Below are positions 16,886-25,940 of a stretch of 64,000 bases of DNA, piece by piece. Where the stretch lies: NCBI GenBank assembly GCA_027339965.1, contig DAHWNL010000073.1:16177-80176 (forward strand). The letters are read 5' to 3'. Each line of letters opens with the position of its first letter. The first letter of the stretch is position 1. Both the position numbers and the translations under genes were made by a program. Source of the DNA: Granulicella sp. (lineage in GTDB: Bacteria > Acidobacteriota > Terriglobia > Terriglobales > Acidobacteriaceae). The notes under the pieces were generated by a model. That model saw only the letters and a program-made list of their open reading frames with translations, was not told where the DNA came from and did no database searches.

Positions 16886-17890
16886 TTACCGCCGGGTCTG
16901 TTTGGGTATGGGCTGACCCAGTGCCTCGCGGATCATCTCGCGCGAGCATCCGGCCCAGCATCTGTAGAACTGGGGATTGGCCACCGAAATCGCCAAATTG
17001 TCCCGCGCGCGATCGCGTCCCTGTTGTGCGCAGGACGGACATTGCGTCCAGTAGTTGCCGCTCCGCTTGAATCGAACCTTGACGTGCTGGAGAATCTGAA
17101 AGCCGGCATGCGCAACATTGGACGGCGGAACTTGCTTTGCCACCCGGCCGCAGACGGATTCCGGAATCGACACGCCTTGCGTGAATGTTTCGAGTTCCGC
17201 CGCGGTGAGCCGCTTCACCGACCGGAGATACGCGATTTGCTCGGCGAGATTGCTGGGCGCATCCTCAAACCAGTAGCGGTGCATGTTGGCGCGGTGGATG
17301 CCGAGTGGCCCGCGAATGGCGTTCCCGTACTCTGATTCGCCGATCTCATCCTGGCGCGGAAAGACCTCGATACCGTCCACCTGCCGGAACGTTCCTTTGA
17401 TCGGAACGTCGAGGCGGAGAGCCAGACTATATATATAGGTGCGGCAGAGCCGGGCGGGTAATGGCCGCTCGCAGAGGATCCAGAGGTGCGCGCCGCGCCG
17501 CGACATCTCGACGACGGCGTGAACCCCGTCCTGTTCCAGTTCCCACTTGAGGGTCCGGAGGTCGCGGTAAGCACCTTCGTAGTCGGCATCGATAGCCACC
17601 CATTTTGAACACTGCGTCTCCGGATTGATGGCATAGAGGCCGATTGTCAGTTCCCCGGCCAGGTGCCTCTGGACCACTACGGGGTCGAGCGCCATTCGCT
17701 CTTTTGTCTGCTTATTCCGCGCCTGGTAGAAGTAGTACTTGCCCGAGTGTTCATCTGGCCGGTCCGTTTGCCGCGTATAAGCCCGCCGGTTCACAAACCA
17801 TGCCATGTATTCGGCCGCCTGGCCGACCGTAGTCGGCAGGATCTCCGGCTGCGGTCGCGGCGCCTTCCACGTGCCAACAAGTTGAGCCAT
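16886..17890 (-). CDS. Archaeo-eukaryotic primase (TOTE-type AEP) with C-terminal Zn ribbon
   Basis: HLAGELTIGLY, WVAIDAD, EMSRRGAHLW, EVFPRQ, GNAIRGPLG; CPSC...CWAGC. Confidence 0.85.
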   Translation of the reverse strand: MAQLVGTWKAPRPQPEILPTTVGQAAEYMAWFVNRRAYTRQTDRPDEHSGKYYFYQARNKQTKERMALDPVVVQRHLAGELTIGLYAINPETQCSKWVAIDADYEGAYRDLRTLKWELEQDGVHAVVEMSRRGAHLWILCERPLPARLCRTYIYSLALRLDVPIKGTFRQVDGIEVFPRQDEIGESEYGNAIRGPLGIHRANMHRYWFEDAPSNLAEQIAYLRSVKRLTAAELETFTQGVSIPESVCGRVAKQVPPSNVAHAGFQILQHVKVRFKRSGNYWTQCPSCAQQGRDRARDNLAISVANPQFYRCWAGCSREMIREALGQPIPKQTRR

Positions 17891-17971
17891 GGCTGGTGCT
17901 CCCTTCCGGTCAAGCTGTGCTGTTGTAGCCCGGTTCCAAAACTCGGTCAAATGGACCGGGATTCGCCCTTC

Positions 17972-18430
17972 CTAGCAGGCGGCAACGGCCATGGCTGGAG
18001 CACTAAGGCCCAGCTCCGGCACTGGCGCAACCGGGTGGTTTCCCGGAACGTGCCGGCGATGAGACTTCCTGCGCTTGCCGTCGATCAGGTCGAGCAGGCG
18101 GTATACCCGCAGGGCAATCTGGAAGTCATTGCCGTTGAGCGTGTCCTCCTTCAGGTCGAAGCGGAGCCAGAAGAAGGACTGCAGCGGCTCGGCGAAAAGA
18201 TAGATCCCCCCGGTGTTCGGCTCTCCGGGGGCGCTTTGCAGGATCAGGAATCCGTCTTCTTCTTCCACGAGCCGTTCCGCGCGGGCTTCCCCTGCGGCGA
18301 GAAATGCACGCAGCACATCCCAGCGATTGGTCCTGGCCGCCAGGCCAAGATCGGTGACGGACATGATGTAGTCCACGTGCAAGCTGCCGAGCAGCTCGCG
18401 CTTCGAATACCGGCGATGACGGTGCGACAT
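17972..18430 (-). CDS. Hypothetical protein (starts MSHRHRRYSKRELL)
   Basis: Strong AAGGAGG RBS before the ATG at 18430. Confidence 0.65.
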   Translation of the reverse strand: MSHRHRRYSKRELLGSLHVDYIMSVTDLGLAARTNRWDVLRAFLAAGEARAERLVEEEDGFLILQSAPGEPNTGGIYLFAEPLQSFFWLRFDLKEDTLNGNDFQIALRVYRLLDLIDGKRRKSHRRHVPGNHPVAPVPELGLSAPAMAVAAC

Positions 18431-18467
18431 GACACTTCCTCCTTCATTGGTTTTCTGGCTGGAATTG

Positions 18468-18493
18468 AAAAAGCCCCGACCAAATAGCGGGGC
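18468..18493 (-). terminator. Putative intrinsic terminator
   Basis: Minus strand reads GCCCCG-CTATTTGGT-CGGGGC-TTTTT. Confidence 0.6.
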
Positions 18494-18521
18494 GCGGATG
18501 GGTTCCGGTTGTGGGTTGGGG

Positions 18522-18788
18522 TTAAACTTCGATGGTCGCCTGCACAGCAGCCTCGGTATATGCCGACGAGATGGCGCTGTCGATGTACAGGAGATCGCCC
18601 ACTGTGTGGCGCCACATGTTGCCAAGCGTGAGGGCCAGCGGCGCGATCAGGAGCAGTAGAACAGGCGAGACTTTCTGCCCCGCGACCCAATGGACCATCA
18701 GGGCACAGACAACAAGGTTGAGGATGGTGAACACAATGCTCGTCGCAAAGCGACAAAGCGCACGGCGGTACATGAAGGCTATTGGCAT
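18522..18788 (-). CDS. Small membrane protein, first gene of the leading-type block
   Basis: GAGGAG RBS; two hydrophobic segments. Confidence 0.55.
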   Translation of the reverse strand: MPIAFMYRRALCRFATSIVFTILNLVVCALMVHWVAGQKVSPVLLLLIAPLALTLGNMWRHTVGDLLYIDSAISSAYTEAAVQATIEV

Positions 18789-18986
18789 AGCAGTCTCCTC
18801 AAGAGCGATGGATTTTGGTGAAGATGAACGGAACGGCGCTGGAATTAGCTTGGCGGCAGGGTTTTCCTAATGGCTTGTAAGGTAAGCCAGCACTCAGGGA
18901 GCGCAACTGTCAGTTGAAGTGGATTCTCAGCAGCTTGAGAAGCGGCGGGCGCGACATACCGGGGGGCGTGTCCCGAATTCTCGAGG

Positions 18987-19493
18987 TTAAGCGTTCCGCT
19001 TCCGCTCGCGATAAAAGGCAATTAGGTCCATGGACTTCGGCGGTGCTGCGTCCAGTTGTCGCAGCATCGTGGTGATCTGTCCGCGATGATAGGTGCCGTG
19101 ATTGACGACGTGCTGCAGCACCTGCCAGAGAACGTCGGACTGGTCATTACCGCGAAGATCCTGATACTCGACCGTGCGATTCACAGCTTCCGGACCCAGT
19201 CTTGCGAGTTGTTCGCGCATCTCGCCTTCCAGTTCAGTCCACTCCTTGCGAGCTGAGTCTATGTCAGGAAGGCGGTCCGGCTTCTGGAGTTCCTGCGGTT
19301 TGTCGCCCTTCAATCGTGTGATCCAAATGCGCTCGGCGGCGCAGAGGTGCGCCACGGTGTCGCGTATTGAGCTGAAGCTGTTGCCCATAGGACGGGTGAA
19401 CTGTTCGGGCGTTATTGCGCTTACGGCATCGAGCACCCGGTCACGCGCCCAGTAGTGGTAGTCGATGAGGAGGCGGAGATCGTCGTAGGTCAT
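18987..19493 (-). CDS. DinB-family protein
   Basis: YHYWA, SIRDTVAHL..AERIW, HVVNHGTYHRGQ. Confidence 0.92.
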   Translation of the reverse strand: MTYDDLRLLIDYHYWARDRVLDAVSAITPEQFTRPMGNSFSSIRDTVAHLCAAERIWITRLKGDKPQELQKPDRLPDIDSARKEWTELEGEMREQLARLGPEAVNRTVEYQDLRGNDQSDVLWQVLQHVVNHGTYHRGQITTMLRQLDAAPPKSMDLIAFYRERKRNA

Positions 19494-19662
19494 CAGGTTC
19501 AGTTTAGGACTCTGGCGTGCCCGCCGAACGGCCGTTATGCCGAATCTTCATGTCGCATCGCCCACAATTCAATGGACGCAGTTTGAAGCGATCCTCAATC
19601 TTCCGCCCGGACAAGTGGTGTCTCAGTTTTACGAATCGGCGCAGTCCGTCGGACGAGTCGCG

Positions 19663-20196
19663 CTAAGCAGACACGTACGTCAACCTGATCACGTCCTCGA
19701 CAATTGGATCGCTGGCCACAAGGCGGAGCGGCGGCCGGGGGCCGGTGAAGTATGGCCGGCCAGACCCAAGCACGACCGGGTGCAGGTAGATTCGATACTC
19801 GTCGATGAGGCCAAGGTTGGTCAGGCTTCCTGCCAGGACGGGTCCGGCAACTTCAATCTCCCCGTCGAGCTGGGCCTTCAGTCTGCGTATCGCCACCTCC
19901 ATGTCGCCGTCGACGAGTGTGGCGTTGGGGCCGACCGATTTCAAAGAGCGCGACACAACCCACTTCGGCTGGGCTCGCCATGCCGCAGCATAGTCACGTT
20001 CCTCCGCATCCCAATCCGGAAGGTCATTGTCCCAATAGCGCATGACCTCGTACATGCCGCGACCGTAAATCATGCCCGTCAAGCCGCGTACCCGTTCAAC
20101 GAAATGACGAAAGAGCGCGGGACGGGGTGGCCCCATTTTCTGGTGGTCGACGTAGCCGTCCAGGGATTGGTTCAATTCATACACGAGCTTCGCCAT
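19663..20196 (-). CDS. Dihydrofolate reductase-like (RibD C-terminal) protein
   Basis: NQSLDGYV, YGRGMYE, PKWVVSRSL, LIDEYRIYLHPVVLGSG.PYF. Confidence 0.9.
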   Translation of the reverse strand: MAKLVYELNQSLDGYVDHQKMGPPRPALFRHFVERVRGLTGMIYGRGMYEVMRYWDNDLPDWDAEERDYAAAWRAQPKWVVSRSLKSVGPNATLVDGDMEVAIRRLKAQLDGEIEVAGPVLAGSLTNLGLIDEYRIYLHPVVLGSGRPYFTGPRPPLRLVASDPIVEDVIRLTYVSA

Positions 20197-20537
20197 GCTA
20201 CAAAACCTCCACCCAGGTCCTTCAACTTAGCTTAAGCCGACAGATCAGTACCTGCTCCGAAGGGCCGAAAAATACCTGCGATCCTGAGCCACAAATCAGA
20301 GCTTTTGAGGGATAGTCAAAAATAACATCAGAGTGCCCAACGGCTTACCTGGCCGGTTGTAAAGACTTGTCTGCGCGATGTAAAGAGCTTTATTGGCGAA
20401 GGAACGAGGCCATCGAGGCGTTGTCGGAGCGATCTCTGGAGCCTCTGAATTACGACCGGGATGAGCGCTCCGCAGTCCTTGCCGGCGACGGCAATCTATT
20501 GCAAGTTCAGGGGGCGGACACTTCCACGAGTGCGACG

Positions 20538-21398
20538 CTAATGGCGCGGCAGAGCGGAGACGATCTCGGCCAGGATCACCTTTTTCTGACCGGGAAACAG
20601 CGTACAGTACATGGGAAGGTTCAGCGGGTTGCGGCGGAATGGCCCGGACGGCGCGAACACGGTTGGAAAATCCAATTCCTCAAATTCGGCCCTGAGCTGG
20701 TAAACAAGATCGATCGATGAGGTGAGGTAGACAAGAAGATCGAGCTGCTTCTCCTCTTTCACCGCCTTCACAATCTCCCGGTACCGCTGAGATCCTTTGA
20801 GTGTTTTCTCGTATTCGATTCCTGCCGATACTTCCATGCAGCGTTCGATTGCGAGTTCAGCAACGGCGTCGTAATCCTTGGCGAGCGGCAGGTCAATCGA
20901 CAAATTCATGGATCGGAGTTCGATATCCGAGATCCACCTGCGCAGAATTCTGGCTTTTCTGAGGGCACCCCTGATTTCGCCAAGTTCCAAATAGTGCGCA
21001 GCCTGGCGGCTGTTCGGCAACGATCTGGAATCGGAGGTAATGCTGACCAGTCCTTCTCCGCAGCTCTCAAGGCAGATCAGACCAGCGCGGGTAATCGTGT
21101 ACGTCGCGCCCGAGTAGGGCATGATTTGAGGCAATCTTTGGATCAGGCCGGCATCGACCAGCCGTTTCAGCCGCCAGCAAAAGCCCTGTCGGTTCGACTC
21201 CGTTCCCTGACTGGCGAGTTGGGAAAACAGCTGACCATGGCTGATAAAGGCGGCATTGCGGACCGCGAGAATCATCGGAAGATCGCGTCCAGGATTGAAG
21301 TGGAGAACACCCCGCCTCAAATGGTTGCGACTTTCGTCTTCTGCTACGAGGACTTCCTCATCTCGAAACCGTTCCACGTGACCTCCCATTTTCCGCAT
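20538..21398 (-). CDS. Replication-relaxation (MOBC-like) relaxase
   Basis: N-terminal wHTH (RLKRLVDAGLI...YTITRAG) and PD-(D/E)xK-type DAVAEL...GIEYEKTLKGSQRY; downstream of the coupling protein. Confidence 0.75.
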   Translation of the reverse strand: MRKMGGHVERFRDEEVLVAEDESRNHLRRGVLHFNPGRDLPMILAVRNAAFISHGQLFSQLASQGTESNRQGFCWRLKRLVDAGLIQRLPQIMPYSGATYTITRAGLICLESCGEGLVSITSDSRSLPNSRQAAHYLELGEIRGALRKARILRRWISDIELRSMNLSIDLPLAKDYDAVAELAIERCMEVSAGIEYEKTLKGSQRYREIVKAVKEEKQLDLLVYLTSSIDLVYQLRAEFEELDFPTVFAPSGPFRRNPLNLPMYCTLFPGQKKVILAEIVSALPRH

Positions 21399-21859
21399 GC
21401 TGTCCTCAACTCGGCACCGGGCGTCGCCAGAACCAACGTCTCCTGAACGCCACGTAGCGCGCTCGAAGCAATGACCACCACGCTCCCGTTGTACCAACGG
21501 CCCTCGAAATCGATGCGGCCGATGACTGTGCTTCGCGCACAAACAAGGAGCCGATCGGCAGGGACGGCAGTTCTCATACATTTTCCGAGCAGGAGCCGGT
21601 TCCACTCTCCCCGCCGTTCCGGTCCCGGGCTTTCGTAGCAGCCGTTCTCAAAATTGCGGGCGCCTGCTGTCTGGGTGTGCGATGCGAGATTGATCCTCAC
21701 CACACCCGAGATGTGCCACAGTCGCCGCTCATGCGAGCCGCAACGGAAGCCCGTGGTATTGAATACTGCGGCACGAATGGAAAAGCGTAACGGATCGGAC
21801 GCCTGATTGCCGGGCCGCAACCACCACAATGATCCGAAACTGAGGCACCGAATCACCAT
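21344..21859 (-). CDS. Hypothetical protein
   Basis: GGGAG RBS; sits in the operon between the coiled-coil gene and the relaxase. Confidence 0.6.
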   Translation of the reverse strand: MVIRCLSFGSLWWLRPGNQASDPLRFSIRAAVFNTTGFRCGSHERRLWHISGVVRINLASHTQTAGARNFENGCYESPGPERRGEWNRLLLGKCMRTAVPADRLLVCARSTVIGRIDFEGRWYNGSVVVIASSALRGVQETLVLATPGAELRTACGKWEVTWNGFEMRKSS

Positions 21860-21872
21860 CCGTTTGCTCCCG

Positions 21873-22649
21873 TCAGACTGCCTGCGCTTTGGGTTTCCGC
21901 TGCTCTTCCAGGCTGTCGTGTGCCCGGCTCAGGCGCTCCCGCAGATTGGTTATCTGGTTGTCCTTAGCCTGAAGCTGCGCCGTCTTTCGCTGCAGCTTGG
22001 TCCCAACTTCTGCAAGTTGTGCCTTCAGACTCTCGACCTCGGGGTACTCGGCTTCCTGCTTTTGCGGGTCATTCGGAACGGTCGTAACCGGCGCGGACTT
22101 AGGCTCTTCAACGTCGCCCCGGCCTTGCCGAACCTGGCTGAAATCCAATTCTGACTGGACGGGTTTCTCGGAAAGCTCGGCAATCTGGTTCTCAAGCCGC
22201 TGCCTCTGGCTGTCGAGTGCGTTGTAGCGCTCGACCAGCGCATTGTGTTTGGCGATTACTTCGAGAGCCTTGGCGCGCGAACCGATGTACGCATTGAAGA
22301 GCTGTGTGACGATATCGGCGGAGATTGTGAGCCGCCGTTCGCGATCTCTCAGCAGCCAGCCATTTCCGGTAAGGGAGACGCCGAAACCCATGCCGAGTAG
22401 GATCAAGCTCCAGAAATAGATCTGGTGAAGCGTGTTCTCGAACGTCTCTTTTCGCCAGTCTCCTACCACGGCGCCGTAATTCCTGTTCTGCGGATTGATC
22501 CCGGCAAGCGTCGTCTCGACGATGCCCTTGTGGCGTTGTGCCTGCCACTGGTGCGCCATCGGATCGTACGAACTGCGATCGGCTTGCAACGCATTCGCCG
22601 TTGCGGCCAGCGACAATAAAACGACTGCGAGCAGTGCGTAACGCTTCAT
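21873..22649 (-). CDS. Signal-peptide/TM coiled-coil protein
   Basis: Signal peptide, one TM, long heptad region; ATGA overlap with virD4. Confidence 0.75.
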   Translation of the reverse strand: MKRYALLAVVLLSLAATANALQADRSSYDPMAHQWQAQRHKGIVETTLAGINPQNRNYGAVVGDWRKETFENTLHQIYFWSLILLGMGFGVSLTGNGWLLRDRERRLTISADIVTQLFNAYIGSRAKALEVIAKHNALVERYNALDSQRQRLENQIAELSEKPVQSELDFSQVRQGRGDVEEPKSAPVTTVPNDPQKQEAEYPEVESLKAQLAEVGTKLQRKTAQLQAKDNQITNLRERLSRAHDSLEEQRKPKAQAV

Positions 22650-24385
22650 TTCTTCCGCCTCCGTTGTCTTTTCTCTTCGAGTTCCGGCGTCGGAAAGCTC
22701 AGGTTCAGGCCGTGTGTGTCCGACGCGAGCGTCAGCAGTTTCGGATACACGTTCATGGGAACGCGCGGCAGCCAGTGGCTCGACGCCCTGCGAATGTGCA
22801 GGTGTTTGTGGATGGTCCCAAGGATTGGATCGGTCACCAGCATTTCCATCTGGCCCACCGGCATCTTCTTGATGTGCTCATCCTGCGCCAGCGTGTCCTT
22901 GATCTCCGTCTGGCTGCCTTCGGTCCCTTCCTCGAACTGTGTGTTGAATACGCCCTTCTTTTCGACGTGCATACTGCGCCGCATCTGCCGCACCCGTGCG
23001 CTGGCGTTGAGGAAATACTTGGCGGTTTCCTCGTCCTTGGTGCGCAGCATGAAGGTGGTGTTGGGGGCGCTCGAAACGTCATTACGGAATCCCCGACCGA
23101 CCTGGAGCAGTTGCGGAGCGCTCTGAAGAGCGAACAGGAAGGCTACGTTAGCGCCGCGGGCTGTTTGCAGGATGTGCGCAAAGTTCTCGTAGGCGAAGGG
23201 GGAAAACTCGTCCATGATGACGCTGACGAACGGTTGCTGTTCGCCCTCTTCGGCACGCGAGTAGCGCCTGCCAATCATCAGCTGCAGGTTCTGAAGCAGC
23301 ATCCGGCCGAGCGCGGTGACCGCCCGTTCGTTGACATTGACGTTCAGGCTCATGAAGAGAATCAGGCCCTTGTCGATCACGTCGTCGAGCGAGAGCAGGT
23401 CGTCATAGGGGCCGGTGATCATGGCCATCTCGTCGCCCATGAACGTCATCATTTCGTTAATCAGGCCCTGAATCTTCGATACCCGCTCCTTATCTTCGAA
23501 GGATTCGAGCAGGTTGTGCACGCTCATGGTGAGCGTCAGCCTCTGCTGGCCGGTGATCGCCGGGTCTTTGTCGACCCGGTCGAGCGCCGCTTTCATCTGC
23601 TTTTTGAGGATGGCCTGGTCGTAGGCGCACACCAGAACATCGTGGAAATTGAACCGCTTTCCCGAGTAATGGAGAACGCGGGCGATGTTTTCGAGGTACA
23701 CCCTCTGGTGACCTTCAAAGAAGTCCTTTTCCATATTGAAGGACTCGAAGACGAAGGCAACGTGCTCTTCGGCATTGCTCTGCGGCGCCCAGAACGGGTT
23801 GTAGCGCGCCGAAATGTCGGGCCGCATGGGATCAATGATGCGAAGATCCTGCATTCGCCCGGCAGCCTCAATCGAGGGAAGCAGTTCGGAAAGCAGCTTC
23901 TTGTCGCCTTTGCCGTCGATAAAGATGATGGGCACGCCACGAGCAATGTCCTGCTCGGTTACGGTTTCGAGGAGATTCGTTTTGCCGGCCCCGGTCATCC
24001 CAAAGGCGTTCGACTGCATGGTCCGCGTCTTGTCCGACCAGTAGAAGGGCTCTCCGAAGATGTCGTAGCCGAGCAAGACGGACGAACGCCCGCGCGCTTC
24101 TTCGAGATAGTTCTCATCCTGCCGGCGGATCACATGCGGTATCGGCCGCGGCCACGCAGATTCCATTTTGCTGATCCGCGTAGCGCGGTAGCGCAGGACC
24201 TCCCACAGGAACACCAGGACCAGGAGCGGATAAATCGTTATCTCAATGAGCTGCGCCGGGCGAACATGGAGCCGGTCCCAGACAATGAAATATCCAATCC
24301 CAAGCACTCCAAGGATTAGCACCCACGCAAGAAGCAGCGCGTCCTGCTCATCGGTATGCCGGCGATAGTGAACCTCTCGCTGCAT
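22646..24385 (-). CDS. virD4: Type IV coupling protein (VirD4/TraD-like)
   Basis: Two N-terminal TMs, GMTGAGKT, FIDGKGD, VIMDEF, ARGANV..ALQS. Confidence 0.9.
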   Translation of the reverse strand: MQREVHYRRHTDEQDALLLAWVLILGVLGIGYFIVWDRLHVRPAQLIEITIYPLLVLVFLWEVLRYRATRISKMESAWPRPIPHVIRRQDENYLEEARGRSSVLLGYDIFGEPFYWSDKTRTMQSNAFGMTGAGKTNLLETVTEQDIARGVPIIFIDGKGDKKLLSELLPSIEAAGRMQDLRIIDPMRPDISARYNPFWAPQSNAEEHVAFVFESFNMEKDFFEGHQRVYLENIARVLHYSGKRFNFHDVLVCAYDQAILKKQMKAALDRVDKDPAITGQQRLTLTMSVHNLLESFEDKERVSKIQGLINEMMTFMGDEMAMITGPYDDLLSLDDVIDKGLILFMSLNVNVNERAVTALGRMLLQNLQLMIGRRYSRAEEGEQQPFVSVIMDEFSPFAYENFAHILQTARGANVAFLFALQSAPQLLQVGRGFRNDVSSAPNTTFMLRTKDEETAKYFLNASARVRQMRRSMHVEKKGVFNTQFEEGTEGSQTEIKDTLAQDEHIKKMPVGQMEMLVTDPILGTIHKHLHIRRASSHWLPRVPMNVYPKLLTLASDTHGLNLSFPTPELEEKRQRRRKK

Positions 24386-24397
24386 AGAGCACCTCGA

Positions 24398-24637
24398 CTA
24401 AAGCCCCGGGATCCGGAAGCTGAAAAATGCCATGGTCGCGCCGGCCAGAAGCAGCAACACCGCGCCAACGACGAACAGGGGGTGCAGATTGCGCTTTCCT
24501 TTGGCGTCTCTCTGCTCGACCGGGTTCAGGAACGGCCGTTGCAGCGTCTCGACGAAGCCCTCGTCGCCGGACTGCCGGTAGGCAATCGCCAGCCGCGCCC
24601 GCGACTCCTCCGCCGTGATGAATTCGAGTTTCTCCAT
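24398..24637 (-). CDS. Small C-terminally anchored membrane protein
   Basis: TGATG coupling to the upstream gene; one TM. Confidence 0.6.
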   Translation of the reverse strand: MEKLEFITAEESRARLAIAYRQSGDEGFVETLQRPFLNPVEQRDAKGKRNLHPLFVVGAVLLLLAGATMAFFSFRIPGL

Positions 24638-25551
24638 CAGAGCACCACCGTTGCCTTGACTGCGTGACCGTTGTCGGCGCCGAAATCGAACTCATAGATC
24701 CCAGGCTTTGCCGCGTCTTCCGGCCGGATTTCGACAACCCCCTCCGCCGTCTGCCCGGGGGACAGATCCCTCTGAGGAATGTTGGTGTCCCGTACAGAAA
24801 CCTGCGCCGTCTGATTCGCGCCGAACTGCGCCACGGTCTTTCCCGCAACCTGCTCGTCTTTCATGGAGGGCAAAAGATCGGCACTCTGGCGCGGCGCGAT
24901 CTCGAAGACGTTCGGCGGCTCAATCCGATAAGGGAGCGCGCTCGAATTGGTCACGGCGAAGCGCACGTAGAAGGAAGTGCCGTCGCATACGACATCTTTG
25001 ATTGAGACGCTGACACCGTCCTTTGCAGGGTGAACTCCGCGCGCAGTGACCGGAGTGACCTGAAGCAGAGTCGAACCGATTGCGGATTCGGTGATCTGAT
25101 CGATCTCTTTGGCGGGCGGATCTGCGGCCTGTGCGGCACTCGACCTCGTCGCCTGTGGGGTGGGCGAATTGGTCTCGTCAAGAACGAATGTCATCTGCTT
25201 GACGTCGCCGGGCGCTTCCAGTTCATACGTCGAGAACTGGTGCTCGGTCCATACCATCAGGTCCGTGGATTGCCCACTTTGGAGGGGCTTCACAAAGACG
25301 TCATTGCCGTGCCACTCGATCTGCATGGCCTGGCTGCCTGCCGCGACGCGAGTGATCTTCTCGGGCAGGGCGATGACACTGATGTGATCGAGGGCGGTGT
25401 GGATCGGAGTGACCCGGTCGGAGTGGACGGCCTGATGAACCACGTTCTGAGCGCCGGCCAGCGTTCCGCCCAGGAGGAAGATCGGAAGTGCAGCTCTATG
25501 GAGGAGCATGAGAACGTCTCCGTCGCTTCTCCCGGAAGAAGAGGGCGCCAA
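24637..25551 (-). CDS. Secreted T4SS core-complex protein (VirB9/TraK/TraN-like)
   Basis: Signal peptide; ISVIALPEKITRVAAGS...VFVKP; similar to 43200-44165. Confidence 0.6.
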   Translation of the reverse strand: MAPSSSGRSDGDVLMLLHRAALPIFLLGGTLAGAQNVVHQAVHSDRVTPIHTALDHISVIALPEKITRVAAGSQAMQIEWHGNDVFVKPLQSGQSTDLMVWTEHQFSTYELEAPGDVKQMTFVLDETNSPTPQATRSSAAQAADPPAKEIDQITESAIGSTLLQVTPVTARGVHPAKDGVSVSIKDVVCDGTSFYVRFAVTNSSALPYRIEPPNVFEIAPRQSADLLPSMKDEQVAGKTVAQFGANQTAQVSVRDTNIPQRDLSPGQTAEGVVEIRPEDAAKPGIYEFDFGADNGHAVKATVVL

Positions 25552-25583
25552 TGTTTGGCTCCCTCTTCACCCAGGTGTTTTGC

Positions 25584-25799
25584 TCACAGCCAAATGGCGT
25601 GAGTTTCTGTGGCCGGCCCTGTCGCCGGACAACGGCTAACGAACTTCCTGACCCGCATTTCGAGATCAAGCAGTTCGCGTTTCGAGTAGCGTCGTCTTCC
25701 GCACACCTTCCACTGGAAGAACCACTGCTCGGGAAAGCGCTCGATGCGGACGGAAACCCGTACCGCTCCGTCCGTCCTGCGCCAGTTGAAGAACCGCAT
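25584..25799 (-). CDS. Small basic hypothetical protein (contains RRYSKRELL)
   Basis: AGGGAG RBS; directly downstream of the polymerase gene. Confidence 0.55.
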   Translation of the reverse strand: MRFFNWRRTDGAVRVSVRIERFPEQWFFQWKVCGRRRYSKRELLDLEMRVRKFVSRCPATGPATETHAIWL

Positions 25800-25940
25800 A
25801 CCGTTCTCCCTTGTCTTCCGGAAGCAACAGCAGGCGAAAGTTTGCCCCCGGGAAGAGCAAAACCGTTCGCTTGCTGCTCCGCCGGGTGGCTGGCGTCCAA
25901 TGTGATGGCGGACAGGCATTCTTGCCGCCTGCCGCGTCCG

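Noticed and set aside
18389..18415. YSKRELL matching the eukaryotic eIF4E-binding consensus YxxxxLL
   Set aside because: The pattern is low-information and nothing here suggests a eukaryotic target.
20211..20231. CCAGGTCC..CAACTTAGC resembling the tRNA 3' end and att region
   Set aside because: The match is short and gapped, inverted relative to the tRNA, and overlaps the upstream region of the DHFR-like gene. It is not a credible second att.
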